Positions 1 through 11,269 of a stretch of 64,000 bases of DNA are shown one piece after another (position 1 is the stretch's first letter; each line of letters starts with the position of its first letter). Below the pieces are notes generated by a model that did no database searches, was not told where the DNA came from, and worked only from the letters and a program-made list of their open reading frames with translations. The DNA lies in the NCBI GenBank assembly GCA_008632985.1, contig QPGO01000031.1, positions 372,001 through 436,000 of the forward strand, in the 5' to 3' direction. Source of the stretch: Psammoneis japonica (Eukaryota). The translations under genes were made by a program, and so were the position numbers.

Positions 1-742
1 AACCCAAACAGCAACAAAAGCCTGCTACTACTACAGCAGCTGCACAAGCAGAAAATACGGAAGCTACTACTACTACAGCTACTTCAGAATCAAAAACAAG
101 TCAACAAGTTTTGGCCGACTTTCGACAAGAAATGGAGCAAAAAATGCTAGACTTTGACATTGCATCCGACACGGTTTTAAAAATTCCCATTTCGCTTTCC
201 AAACACACGGCTGGACTCCTCGAAGGAGATGACAAGAATAAAGTGACCATGGAAATTTTAAAATATATAGTCTATGAACAAGCGGATGAAATCAATGAAG
301 AGTGGGTGGCGGCCAAAGAACCGAGTGAATTCATGGATGAAGCCGTTATAGCTATTTACAAGGAGGGACATGCTCCACCTGAAGTGTTGGAGGATTTAAA
401 CAAGGTGAGTTTTGGTAGTGTAGTATGAATTTTGGCGTGATAAATTTTTGTTGTTCTCTTTAAACTTATTCACGTTTTGTTGTTGTTTATGTTTTTCAGG
501 GCGACTTGCCGGATGAGATTCGTGGACAACAACGCGCGGTTCAAGATGCGATTCGAAAGCAAGAGGAAATGAAACAGTCCAAGATTGATGCCGAAAATTT
601 GAAGCAGGCGCACCAGGGAGCCCATGACGATGAAGACTTGGCGACACTCAACACGGTCAAGCGGGATCGACGAACAATTGAAGAGATTCAACGAGAAATG
701 AATCAGGAGAACGATGGAAGTAAGCGACAAAAGACTGAGTAG
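1..742 (+). CDS. 3' part of a hypothetical protein (begins upstream of the window); intron 405-499
   Basis: AAG|GTGAGT donor at 405 and TTTCAG|G acceptor at 499 join the 111-428 and 506-742 ORFs in frame (...DLNK-GDLPDEIR...). Confidence 0.7.
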
Positions 743-772
743 TAGCAACTTTTGAGACTTGACGTATTAATC

Positions 773-1019
773 TAAACCTTACGGAGCTCGCAGCACAATA
801 CAATATACCGCGATGAGTGACATTGTTGCGTAGACTCCGTTAGCATCGCCGCGACGATCGAACTATACAAGCAAAAGTCAGAGTAGTACTCTGTTGAGAT
901 TTGATGTAAAGCTAAACCTCACGAATCTCTGCTTGCAGCAAGATACAATATACCGCGATGAGTGACATTGTTGCGTAGGATCCGTTTGCATCATCGCCGC
1001 GACGATCGAACTATACAAG
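773..1019. repeat. Two diverged direct copies of ~100 bp (773-871, 913-1019) between convergent genes
   Basis: Shared atacaatataccgcgatgagtgacattgttgcgtag...catcgccgcgacgatcgaactatacaag. Confidence 0.9.
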
Positions 1020-1088
1020 TAGCAGGATCATACCTTTAAATTATAGCTAGCTTAGCAAGTTGTTAACAAAAACTGTGTTGTGAGTGTA

Positions 1089-2180
1089 TCATATTCCACT
1101 CTCTGGGAGCAAATATTGATGTTCCATGGCCCAACTTGTCAAAACATCAAACATGGCCAACGTGACGCCAAACTGTGGTGCCGATCGAATCACTCGTTCA
1201 AACCATCCACTAAACAAAACTTCAGGTCCCTCTTGTTGGATTATTGATTTTGCGACACCCACAAAGCTGTCAGACGTTCCTGTTGCCGTATAGTCCATGG
1301 CCATGGCTGGAACTCCTAGTCTGTCTTTTTTGGCGGATTGAATGCGGGTTTTGCAAACATCTGCCGGTGTCGAGAAAAAGGCAGCGGGTGCCGCTGCCAG
1401 GGTGCCGGCAATCATGTTGGCCCAAAACGTGTCGGCACCACCCGCGTCTCCCAAAGCGGACGCGGCCAACATGGATGCAATAATGATTTTGCCGTGTGAA
1501 TACAAGGGAAACAAAATGGCAGAAAAGAGCGCATCTCGCAATACACAGGCTTCGGCGCCTTCGTACAAATCCACCAATCCCTCCACTTGCGACAAGGCTT
1601 CCTTAATGGACAATGGTTCTCCTGACAGTGAAGAAGTTTGTACTCTTGTTTTTACAACCTGGGAAAAAAGAGATGAAGATAAGAAAAGGTAAAAAGAGTA
1701 AAGACGAAGAAAATTGACTGCAGACTACAGGAACACTAGACACACCTCAAGTGGATTTGTAACGATGACTTGTGTCATTCCTGCTACACCACCGGCAACG
1801 ACCTCACCAATCACAGGCAGACCTCCAAAGTGAGCTCGAATGACTTCTCGCATTACGTCATTTACTGATAATTTGATTGTCTTTTCGGGAGCCACGCCGG
1901 CAACATTCACCATGGCTCCTCGATACAGTCCAAGCGGTCCGTCATTTTTCAATACATCATAGGCAGCTTGCAAACCTCCACTGTATTTACTCCGACCCTC
2001 GTCCGTTTGTAACAGGCTCTTGGTAAAGTCAATGGGATACGCCACAATTGCACCCGCCGATCCTGCCACGGCGCCAATGGCCGTGTGCACTAACGCTGGT
2101 GGCACGAGCGCATTTGCAGTTGAAACAATTAGACCCAAAGACGACAGTACAGCAACAACAGTTCTGGAAAGCGGCATCAT
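1089..2180 (-). CDS. Mitochondrial carrier family (SLC25) protein, aspartate/glutamate-carrier-like, with N-terminal signal peptide; intron 1745-1659
   Basis: Carrier signatures YPIDFTKS, NPLE|VVKTRVQ, TPADVCKTRIQ; motifs GVAPEKTIKL and RSAPQFGVTL; GT-AG intron restores frame. Confidence 0.9.
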
Positions 2181-2609
2181 TACGGAGAGAGAGGACAAGG
2201 CAGGAGAAATAGCGACGTAGGAAATGGGAGATTTCACCAAGATTCAAGTTGGATTCGTGTGTACTACTTTGATGGGTGACGTTGAACAGGAAGTGTCGCA
2301 TTGGATCGATGCCGATGTCAGAATTTGCGAACCGAGTCAGCATCCATCTCGTCGACCAATCAAAACGATGGGAAGAGGATGGGATCACCAAAATGTGAGC
2401 GATAACCAAAATTGCATTTTCGTGACACCAAACTGACGTGTCAAATCGCGCGCGTACGTAGGAGCGCCATACCTACCGATCCACGCGGGTTCGGCTTTTC
2501 CAAATCTCCGGGTCCGTCGCGCACCTCGAGCGCATTGATGAGCTCATTATTCCGATCGAACCAAGAGATAGAAAAATCTGTTGTTCTTTCTGTCGTCGCG
2601 CTCGATGTT

Positions 2610-3368
2610 CTAGACAGAATATAGCAATGGACTCGCTGCGTCTTTGTCTGATCGACTTGCCAAGGTTGCTCGTTGCAATAGCATACGAGATACGCAAAGA
2701 CAGCTTGACTTGCTTTCCGGGTCACACTGAAACACGGGAACCGGAGACACAAAGAGGCAAGGCCTTTTTCGGGATGATGTGCGGCAGGATGAAATCAAAG
2801 CCTCCCACGGTGCATAGCTTGGTTCTTGTTGTTGTTGATTCATAACCACAATGGACAATCGTTGCATCAAAATGTAGTCGTCGTGTAGCAAACTAGCCGC
2901 GTCCTCGAGGCGTTTCTTGCTGGCTTCGTAATTGTTGGCGGGTGAAAGAACCAGTACGATATGATTAAATTTTCGCCAAGTACTATTGCCATTTTTCGTA
3001 GAGTTCTGTTCCAAGGCTTCTTGCAACGTCTCCAACGTGTGAACATGACGCATCTTGACGATACTACTTTCGTCTGGTGTGTGACGACGGAGGGCTTCAA
3101 TGGCAGCATCGTCCGCTGAAATGTCTTGTCGTTTCTGACGTTTTCTACCACGATCCATGCGAACGCTGAGTATGTGTTTTCCCAAGATCTGGCACAACTC
3201 CGACGGTCCAACCAATACAATATCAAGGCCGGTTGACGGAAGCAGCGACGCAAACGACTCGCGTTTTTTCTTATCGCGGTTCACCGCCTCCGGTTGTGGC
3301 TTTTGTGTTTTACTACCCATCTTTTCTTCGTCAGTATCCATTTTAGAAGCCTCTTTGTTACGCATCAT
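2610..3368 (-). CDS. Hypothetical protein, possible CENP-M-like pseudo-GTPase
   Basis: 252-aa ORF; motif order IVLVGPSELCQILG...FNHIVLVL...PVFQCDPE...ASPLLYSV resembles CENP-M from memory. Confidence 0.5.
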   Translation of the reverse strand: MMRNKEASKMDTDEEKMGSKTQKPQPEAVNRDKKKRESFASLLPSTGLDIVLVGPSELCQILGKHILSVRMDRGRKRQKRQDISADDAAIEALRRHTPDESSIVKMRHVHTLETLQEALEQNSTKNGNSTWRKFNHIVLVLSPANNYEASKKRLEDAASLLHDDYILMQRLSIVVMNQQQQEPSYAPWEALISSCRTSSRKRPCLFVSPVPVFQCDPESKSSCLCVSRMLLQRATLASRSDKDAASPLLYSV

Positions 3369-4210
3369 TCATAAGGCAAAGCCATAAAGTCGCAACTGTC
3401 GCCGAAGATGATCTGGCTCATGGCTCCCACACTTTTTTGTGTCTTCGGTGTAAAGTGAAAAGATCCACGTGGAAGATGTCGACAAATTTGGCAGTCCGTC
3501 CAACGTACGTCAGTAGATTCCGTCAGCATCCCAAACGAAATCGACTTTTGATCACAGTTCGCTTGGATCACAATATGTAAGGGCCCTAGCTAGAAGTAGA
3601 GTAGCCCTAGGCCCTCTTGCTAGAGTAGCACCTTGCTGCACATTTCAGCTCCTTCCATTTTCATGTTTTCCTCTTATTCAAGTCTACAAGTCACACCGCA
3701 CTGCCAACAAGAAACACTGTGTTGGACAATCCGAGTCTCCATCTCCAAATCAGCCATGAGTGGCACTGCTCTTCTGCTTTGCCAAACCGGTCAGACTAGC
3801 CCTTTCAAATAGTAAAAGGAACACTAGATCATGGTTGAGTTCAGTTTAGCTTGTTGCCTGGCCTCACGAATACGTCTTTTCTATCTTGAACCAAGACGAC
3901 GACTCTTCGTCGCTCGTCATTCTGAGTCCCGTGAGATAGATCCGCGACCCGCACATGCACGCATGCACGATTGCAAAATAGTGACGTCACCACCACCTTC
4001 GCATATTCCCGCGCAAATCGATCTCAAATCACCAATCACCGCAATCAGCCTCTCAACGCATTGATCAAGCTGAGTTGGACCTATTGGTGCGCTAAAGCTT
4101 GCAGTCGCTTCTTCTTGCACTCATTTGGAACTGGCATTAAGCATTCTTTTCGAATTCAGCCTGCTTAGAGCTGGGTAGTTAAAAAACTGGTTTGGAAAGA
4201 AGATCGAGCC

Positions 4211-6021
4211 ATGAAGCGTTGGACTTGCTGCAAATGCAAAGCGTCAGATGTGATTGTTGGCGCACCCCCGCCGTCCATGAATGGCGATGACCTGAAGGAG
4301 AAAAGGAAAACATCACCAGAAGAAAAAATAGAAACAGAAGAGGAGGAGGAGTCCCTTTATTACATTTCGGCTGAAGAATCAGAAGAGGAAGACGATACAG
4401 TGCCACTACTGACCAGTGCCGATACCGTTTTCTTTTTTGATGCCGCTGAAGTGTCTGTGTCGCCCTCAGCATCACAACATCAGAGTACAACAGAAAACGA
4501 ACATTCGCTTTCGGTAGCACCCTCAACGTCACAACTAAAGAGCCTAAGACGCCAAGAAACTCCAAAGGAGGATGAACTTTTGCTTGCAGCAGATGGTAAA
4601 CGTGTACCCCGTTCTTCTGAAGAATGGGGATTCCCAGGATATCTCACGCCGCACCAGCTAGCGGCTTTTCAAGATTTTCGCTCTCAAGTTATTAAGCGAG
4701 GAGGAGCCTACAAAGAAATGGTTTATTGTTATCGGGAAATTGAAGAGGAGGCGTACGCACTCTGTCGGTTCCTACGATGGGCAAACTTTCATGTTGACAA
4801 GGTCTTCCGATACATGGACCAACATGTCGAACAATGGAACGAAGCAAAGTCACACGACTTTTACCCCAATGCCGGTGTCGGCGATGCACCGCTGTCCGTC
4901 TTGCTAACGCAATTTCCATCTGTGTACACGGGATTCTCCAAAGATGGATTTCCAGTTTGCTATGTTCGATCCGGAAATCTGTCGGCGGAGGGCATTGATT
5001 GCGTCACGGACGTGGAGCGACTACCCAATTTCATCTGGTATACAATGCGTCACGAGATGCCAGACCGCTATGCCGAGGCAATGTCGCGTCATCCGGAACT
5101 AAAGAGGTCAGCGCGCGATTGTACAACATACTCGACTGCACCCACTTTGATGCCACAAATTAACGGCGTATTGCTCTTGTCTCTTCTTTCTGCAGGATGG
5201 AACAAATCACGGTCATGAACCTTGATGGCTTGTCACCTAAACTACTGACACCTCGAATCCATGCCGTATCACAGCAGGTCGATGCTGTGGCGCAAGCGTT
5301 TCCAGAGGTATTGTTGCTACGTTTATTTGTGTTTTTTTTCGTATTGTGTCATCTTGTGCTCACGGTTTTCACATTCACTCGATGCAAATAGATGATGTTC
5401 AGACTGGTTATTATCAACGCTCCACGATTCTTTACCTACGTTTGGAACTCCTTCAAGGTATTGTTGGATTCCAATACGACGAAACGCATTGAATTGTATT
5501 CCTCTCGTGAACGAAGTTTGGAACGATTGCTACAATTAATCGATCCGAGTGAACTACCCAGTGACTATGGTGGATCGGGATTATCAACGTCCCAAGCCAT
5601 TTTGCGAGAAGGACGCAGTGCAGGTGCACCTGTTCCACTTCGACAAGTTGTCGAATTGCTCAAGATTAAACGCAAAAGTGAATTTGAATTTGAATTGCAG
5701 TCGGAGGAAGAGATTTCAATTGCTATCTATACCCGATCCGACTCGCGGACTGAGTTTGTGTTACGAAAGAATGAAGCTGACGATCATGTGTTGAAGGAAA
5801 TCACTATCGAGCAAACATCTGAAAAGAGTCCACGCTGCATACATTTCGTAGAAGCAATTTGTGGACCCGGAGAGTTTTCAATAGTTGGTCAGCATTCACA
5901 AGGCTTTTCATCCGCGGAATACTTCTTGGTTGTTGGGGAAGTGTTCCCAACCAAAGAAACCAAGAGGTCGAGCAAGACTGGAATGAATGGGAATAGAGCT
6001 ACGCATCATGTGTGCGCATAG
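4211..6021 (+). CDS. CRAL-TRIO/Sec14-like lipid-binding protein; introns ~5108-5195 and 5308-5391
   Basis: LCRFLR, FPE|MMFRLVIINAPRFF, IDPSELPSDYGG motifs; GT-AG introns link three ORFs. Confidence 0.9.
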
Positions 6022-6853
6022 AATGGATTCCTTTGCTACTACTACGTTTCTCAGTTGCTCGGTTGTCGGGTCCGTGTGAGGGCTAGTCTCGTTCGGACTG
6101 TCATTAGCCAGAGAATTCATGCAAGTCTCATTCCCCTTGCATTGTGCGTGCATTGATATCAGCTCTCCCCATGTTCTTATTGGTAAACAAGAGCTGTCGC
6201 TACTGACTCCATCGTCGCTGGCCAGCGAGATATTCGTCACTTCTGTCGTCTTGGATAGTGTTGCAGAAGTATCAGAGTCAGTGTTTACTGCTTCGTCAAC
6301 TTTCCCTCACTTGCAAAAGTACAGTCATATGGGAGGTTCCTGGATTGGGTTATCATGCCGACACCGAAGTATTGTCATTGTTGCATGTTGAGTCGTGGTG
6401 CCATGTTTGTGTCTCGTGTCTTCTCAAATCATTTTTTCAAGAAGTTCCCCTCTGATTCCTGTCTGACAGGTGCCATAGATGTATAATTGGGGTGTCCCAG
6501 CTGGTTCCTGCTTTCCATTTACATGCTGCATGCTGCAAATTCAAGACATAGCAAGCCAATAGTGCGGATGCAGGATGCATGCGGGAGGATGCAGTCGATT
6601 GGAACAAAAAGGAACAAAATCGTGACCAGACGTGAGTCGAGTCCCGGAGAACATTATTTAAAACCATAAGATATGAATATCTCTAAATAAACATAAGAAG
6701 CTTCGTTTGTGAATAAGAGCATCAGAGAGACAACCGTTGGACTACGTGAAAATGATACCAGTTCCGCTGTACACAGTCACGCTTCCGGGCATCAGACTTC
6801 ATGTTGTGACACCCTACCTCATTTTTCGCTCGAACCAACTAAAAAGAGACAAC

Positions 6854-7291
6854 ATGAGCCATGACAACAACAACAACGGCCATTCCGCGATAAACAAAAG
6901 GAATACAGCTCTCTTGAACAATGCCATTGATCTCAACACACTGGCATCTCTGGTTCACGAGTCATGTGCTTCTCCTCGCCTTGTTCTTGAAGTTTTTAAC
7001 GCCGCCGAAACCGAGGCATATTCCTGTACCATTCACTTGCAGGGTTTGGAACACCTTGCAATCACGAATCCTCCACAAGGTGGTTTGTCCGATAATGATG
7101 CTCAAGTCTTAGAAGAACTGCGTATACGAAATAATTCGCAAATGGTTTCTGTTATGAATGATCCAAGGTCGGTGGCAGAACCGACTCGTGCCGAGATGAA
7201 CGAGTTTCTTAATCTCATCGACCGTCTCTCCCCAGGACGTGTCCAAGATATCCTTCAAGGAATCGCTCGAAAGTTTCAGCATTTGGAATGA
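6854..7291 (+). CDS. Hypothetical protein with one copy of the domain repeated twice in 8403-9569
   Basis: MNDPRSVAEPTRAEM..LIDRL aligns with IDNPRSKAEPTKEEI..LIDKI. Confidence 0.65.
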   Translation: MSHDNNNNGHSAINKRNTALLNNAIDLNTLASLVHESCASPRLVLEVFNAAETEAYSCTIHLQGLEHLAITNPPQGGLSDNDAQVLEELRIRNNSQMVSVMNDPRSVAEPTRAEMNEFLNLIDRLSPGRVQDILQGIARKFQHLE

Positions 7292-7682
7292 CCCCAGATG
7301 GTTGTCGACGCATGTACATTCTACAGTTTTGAATTGAATGCTTTCGGTTTTGCGTTCGATACTGCTTCGACCGGTACTCACAAGGCGCAAGCAAGAATTG
7401 AAGACACTCTATTCCCTTTATGTGTTCCTAGAAGGCCCGAGCAAGCTTCTCATATACGAATTTTTCAACAAGACTTTGGCTTTCGATTTTGTTCATGTTT
7501 CCTCTCCTTTTTGTACGAATGGCGAGCACAGTTTTCATTCTTTTTTATCCGAGAACAAACTCCACCACTAAAAGTAAAGAATTTTTCAACTAGCAAAATG
7601 CGATTTCCTAATAACATAATTTTGATAAAGCAATGCACGCTGTTGATTGCCCAATGAGCCTTTCAGTTGTCACATTATTGCC

Positions 7683-8172
7683 ATGCACAAAGCTGAGTAA
7701 TTTGGAAGAGCAAGTCACCGATGCTGCCTCCAGAGCAAATACATTTCATCCAGGGGGGCTATCCGCCATCCATGCCCATTTTGCCCCATTCATACAGTAA
7801 CAGCCTTCGCTCTTGCTTTGAGCTACTACTCATTGCGTTAACAAATCGTTCCCAGCCAGCCATGATCTTCGCGCACTTCAGACTTCAGGCACAGAAAATC
7901 AGTTTCGTTACTTTATGCTGTTGGTTGCACAATGTGCCATTCCATTTGTCCCCATTTTTGCAATGCACAAGACTGAGTAATTTGCGAGGAGCAAGTCACC
8001 GATACTGCCTCCCGAACAAATGTATTTCATCCTTGGGGTGACTCTAGAGGGGAGTATGAAATCAAAATTGGCCATCCATGCCCATTTTGCGCCGATCATA
8101 GTAACCTTCGCCTTGGCGTTGCTTGCTGCGCTCACAATTCGTTCCATCCCAGCTACAAGCTTCGCGCACTTC
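7683..8172. repeat. Diverged direct duplication (~7683-7879, ~7963-8172)
   Basis: Shared atgcacaa..ctgagtaattt..gagcaagtcaccgat.ctgcctcc, gccatccatgcccattttgc and cttcgcgcacttc. Confidence 0.85.
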
Positions 8173-8402
8173 TGTTGCCCTACTGTACTTCGCATTTTCG
8201 AAGAGTAGAGAGAGAATTAAAATTCCTCAGAGAGTTTGAGGAATTTTGTTTCACCGTGCGTTTACTTCGAGAGAGTACTCGCGTTTTTTGAAATCTCAAA
8301 ACTGCCGCCGAGCCGACAGCCGACGTCATCAAAGCCGCCGACGACATATGCCCCGCGCTGCCCACGACAAAAGAGGCGCACAAAACAACTAAAAGCGACG
8401 CA

Positions 8403-9569
8403 ATGAACAATACAAGCACCGGTAGCAACGAAGCTAATTTGAAGGAGAGGGATTATGGCGACGACCACCAAGACCTGAGCAATGATAACAACATGGGGCA
8501 TTCCAGCGACCACGACGAAAAAAGCGACCACCCAAACTCAGCACATGACAACAACTCGACACCATTTAGCAGATGCATGAAGGCAGCCAATTCACGCATG
8601 AAAAACGCCAGCACCCTTGAAAGCATGGCACATGACATGAGACGATTCCCACGGTCTTACTTTGACATCCTCGAACAAGCAGAGAAGGAAGCCAAATCCT
8701 CCGTCCAGCTACGTGATGCTGCTCGCACTCTTGATCGATCGGCAATTGAGGAACAACGCAAAGACAACAACGAATTTATGATTCAAGACTTGAGACTGCG
8801 GATACAAGGACAGGCTTTTGAATGCATAGATAACCCAAGATCAAAAGCCGAACCGACAAAAGAGGAAATCAAGGCTCTTCGGCTACTGATTGACAAGATC
8901 CTTTCGAACGAAGCAGTGAGTGTGAAGAAAATTCTGACGAGACTGGTGGAAAGTTTCGAAAAGGAAATCAAAAGGGAACGGGTACGAGAGATATCCGAAA
9001 ATGAGGTAGATGACTTGAAAGCGGAAAACGGAGCTTGCAGTGACAATGACGAAAAGAGCGACAAACCAAACTCAGCACAGCACGAAGAGTCGACACCGTT
9101 TAGCAGATGCATAAAGGCAGCCAATTCACGCCTAAACAACGCAAGCACCCTTGAAAGCATGGCACAACACATGAGACAATTCCCACGGTCTTACTTTGAC
9201 ATCCTGGAGCAAGCAAAAATAGAGGCTGCATGCTCTGCTCATTATTGCAGCGTCGCTCGTAATCTTGATCGATCAGCAATGGAAAAATCAGACGACAATC
9301 ATGATTTCGTCATTCAAGATTTGAGACTGTGTATACAGGGACAAGCTTTTGAATGCATGGACGACCCAAGATCTAGAGCAAAACCAACTCGAGAGGAAAT
9401 TAAGGCTCTTCACATTCTGATTGACAAGGTTCCTCCGTACGAAGCGGTGAGTGTCAAGAACGTTCTCACGAGACTGGTGGAAAAATACGAAAAGGAAATC
9501 AAATGGGAATGGGTTAGGGAAGCCTCCGAGAAAGTTGCAGAAGATCTTGAAAAAGAAAAAGTCTCTTGA
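8403..9569 (+). CDS. Hypothetical protein built from two ~180-aa internal repeats
   Basis: STPFSRC.KAANSR..NASTLESMA..MR.FPRSYFDILEQA occurs twice; 388-aa ORF. Confidence 0.8.
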   Translation: MNNTSTGSNEANLKERDYGDDHQDLSNDNNMGHSSDHDEKSDHPNSAHDNNSTPFSRCMKAANSRMKNASTLESMAHDMRRFPRSYFDILEQAEKEAKSSVQLRDAARTLDRSAIEEQRKDNNEFMIQDLRLRIQGQAFECIDNPRSKAEPTKEEIKALRLLIDKILSNEAVSVKKILTRLVESFEKEIKRERVREISENEVDDLKAENGACSDNDEKSDKPNSAQHEESTPFSRCIKAANSRLNNASTLESMAQHMRQFPRSYFDILEQAKIEAACSAHYCSVARNLDRSAMEKSDDNHDFVIQDLRLCIQGQAFECMDDPRSRAKPTREEIKALHILIDKVPPYEAVSVKNVLTRLVEKYEKEIKWEWVREASEKVAEDLEKEKVS

Positions 9570-9966
9570 AAGCGGCAAACTTCGGACATATCAATCCCAA
9601 GTAATTCTGAATGCGGCCAACACCAGCGGTCTGATAGATTAATAGATTTTTTGCTATGATATTTTGTATCCGCAGGGTTCTTTCGCTTCTACATCAGAAG
9701 CTAGCAAGATGCAAGTATAACCCTTTCATTCTTCTATGAATTCAAATTCCAAGTCTGTATTGCAACTCGTCGACAAGTCCTCGCAGAATTAATCAACCGC
9801 GTTCCTGCCTTTTGCGAAACTTCTTCGCAGCCGAAACCACGATCTTGCGTCATCGTTTTGAGACATTTAGCTCTTACAGTATGATATATGGTTAGGTATC
9901 CGCCTATACGATTATGATTGCAAACGATAGTCTAGTACTTACAGAGAGAGAGGCCAAAGGACTAAG

Positions 9967-10692
9967 CTACGAACAAGTTCCTTCATCCTTCTTGTTCTCG
10001 ACCATATCCATTCCCATCTCCATTCCCATGACGAAAAGATAAAGTCCCTGTATCGGAAGAGACGACCCTTGATCCAACATTTTGAGAAGCCCACGTTTGA
10101 GTTCCACACGCCGAATGACAATGTGTTCGCCATCATCCGGTCGTGCTTTGGGATTTATGTTGTAAGGATTGTCTAAATCAACCTCCACAACCACAATAAC
10201 TGTAGTCTCGTCTGTCAAGCCTGGACTCATGCATGTGGGAGCCGACACTTGTGGCACGACGGTGCATTTCTCTCCAACAAATCCAGTTTCCTCTCGCAAT
10301 TCACGTAGTGCGGCATCCTCCATGCTTTCGCCATCATCAATCAGTCCGGCTGGAAATTCCACAGTGACTTTGTCGACAGGCGGACGGTACTGCTCCACTA
10401 GAATGGTTTCCACAGTCCCACTTGACTTTTTCTTGAGCAAGGGAACAATTACCACAGCGTCGACACTTGAGACTGACTTTTTGGTGGTGCGAGTTGCCAC
10501 ATCCCACTGGCGAGCAACTCCTTCTTGATCCGTGTAATCCAGCGTTTCGAGCCTGAGCCATTTCGTCGAACCAACCGTGCTGCGCTTGTCAATTCTGGGG
10601 ACAGTGTTAGTATCTTGATTGCTCATGCTAAAGGAAGAAGTAACGACGAGAATAATTGGCAACAGCAGCAGCACCGGTGCCATTGTGGGCAT
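9967..10692 (-). CDS. Nudix hydrolase, ADP-ribose pyrophosphatase (NUDT5-like), with signal peptide
   Basis: EQYRPPV..VEFPAG, Nudix box GLIDDGESMEDAALRELREETG, MSPGLTDET. Confidence 0.92.
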   Translation of the reverse strand: MPTMAPVLLLLPIILVVTSSFSMSNQDTNTVPRIDKRSTVGSTKWLRLETLDYTDQEGVARQWDVATRTTKKSVSSVDAVVIVPLLKKKSSGTVETILVEQYRPPVDKVTVEFPAGLIDDGESMEDAALRELREETGFVGEKCTVVPQVSAPTCMSPGLTDETTVIVVVEVDLDNPYNINPKARPDDGEHIVIRRVELKRGLLKMLDQGSSLPIQGLYLFVMGMEMGMDMVENKKDEGTCS

Positions 10693-11269
10693 AGGCGGAA
10701 TGAAGAGCGCTCTCGCTGAAAAAGATGCTCCGATCAGGTTATGAGATCAACGACTCGACTGTCCGTCCTTCCAACTCTTTGGCAGGCAGTTCCCACTTAG
10801 TTGCGCCTTCTTCTCTCTCAACTCTAGCTCTCGTGAGTGCGCTTGCCTTGGAGACTCACAGAGCGATTTTGAGTTTGCTGTGACACTTGAACACACCTGC
10901 AGCATGCTGTCCCCGACAAAAATTGCAAACACCCTCTCCTGCCTCCTGCGGCACACGCGCCAGTGACAGAGCTCTCCCACACGCCGCGCCCACCACACAG
11001 CACACGCCAGCCAGGCATGTGGTGGCAGCAGTGTGAAAGACACAGAGCAGTGCCACTGTGGGGAAGAGAGTGTTTTCAGATGGGAAAATTCCTTTCAAAT
11101 GAGAGATTTTGAGAGGTGGTCAATCAAGGACATCTGCACTTTTGAGGCAAAAGTGTCGCCATTTTTTCATCATTGTTGGGGGGCTGGCTTCGCTCGCACA
11201 GTGGAGCTCAGGGTCATTTGATGAAAAAATGATGTGACAGTGAGTGCAGGTGGGCTGGCCCTCTCAGTG

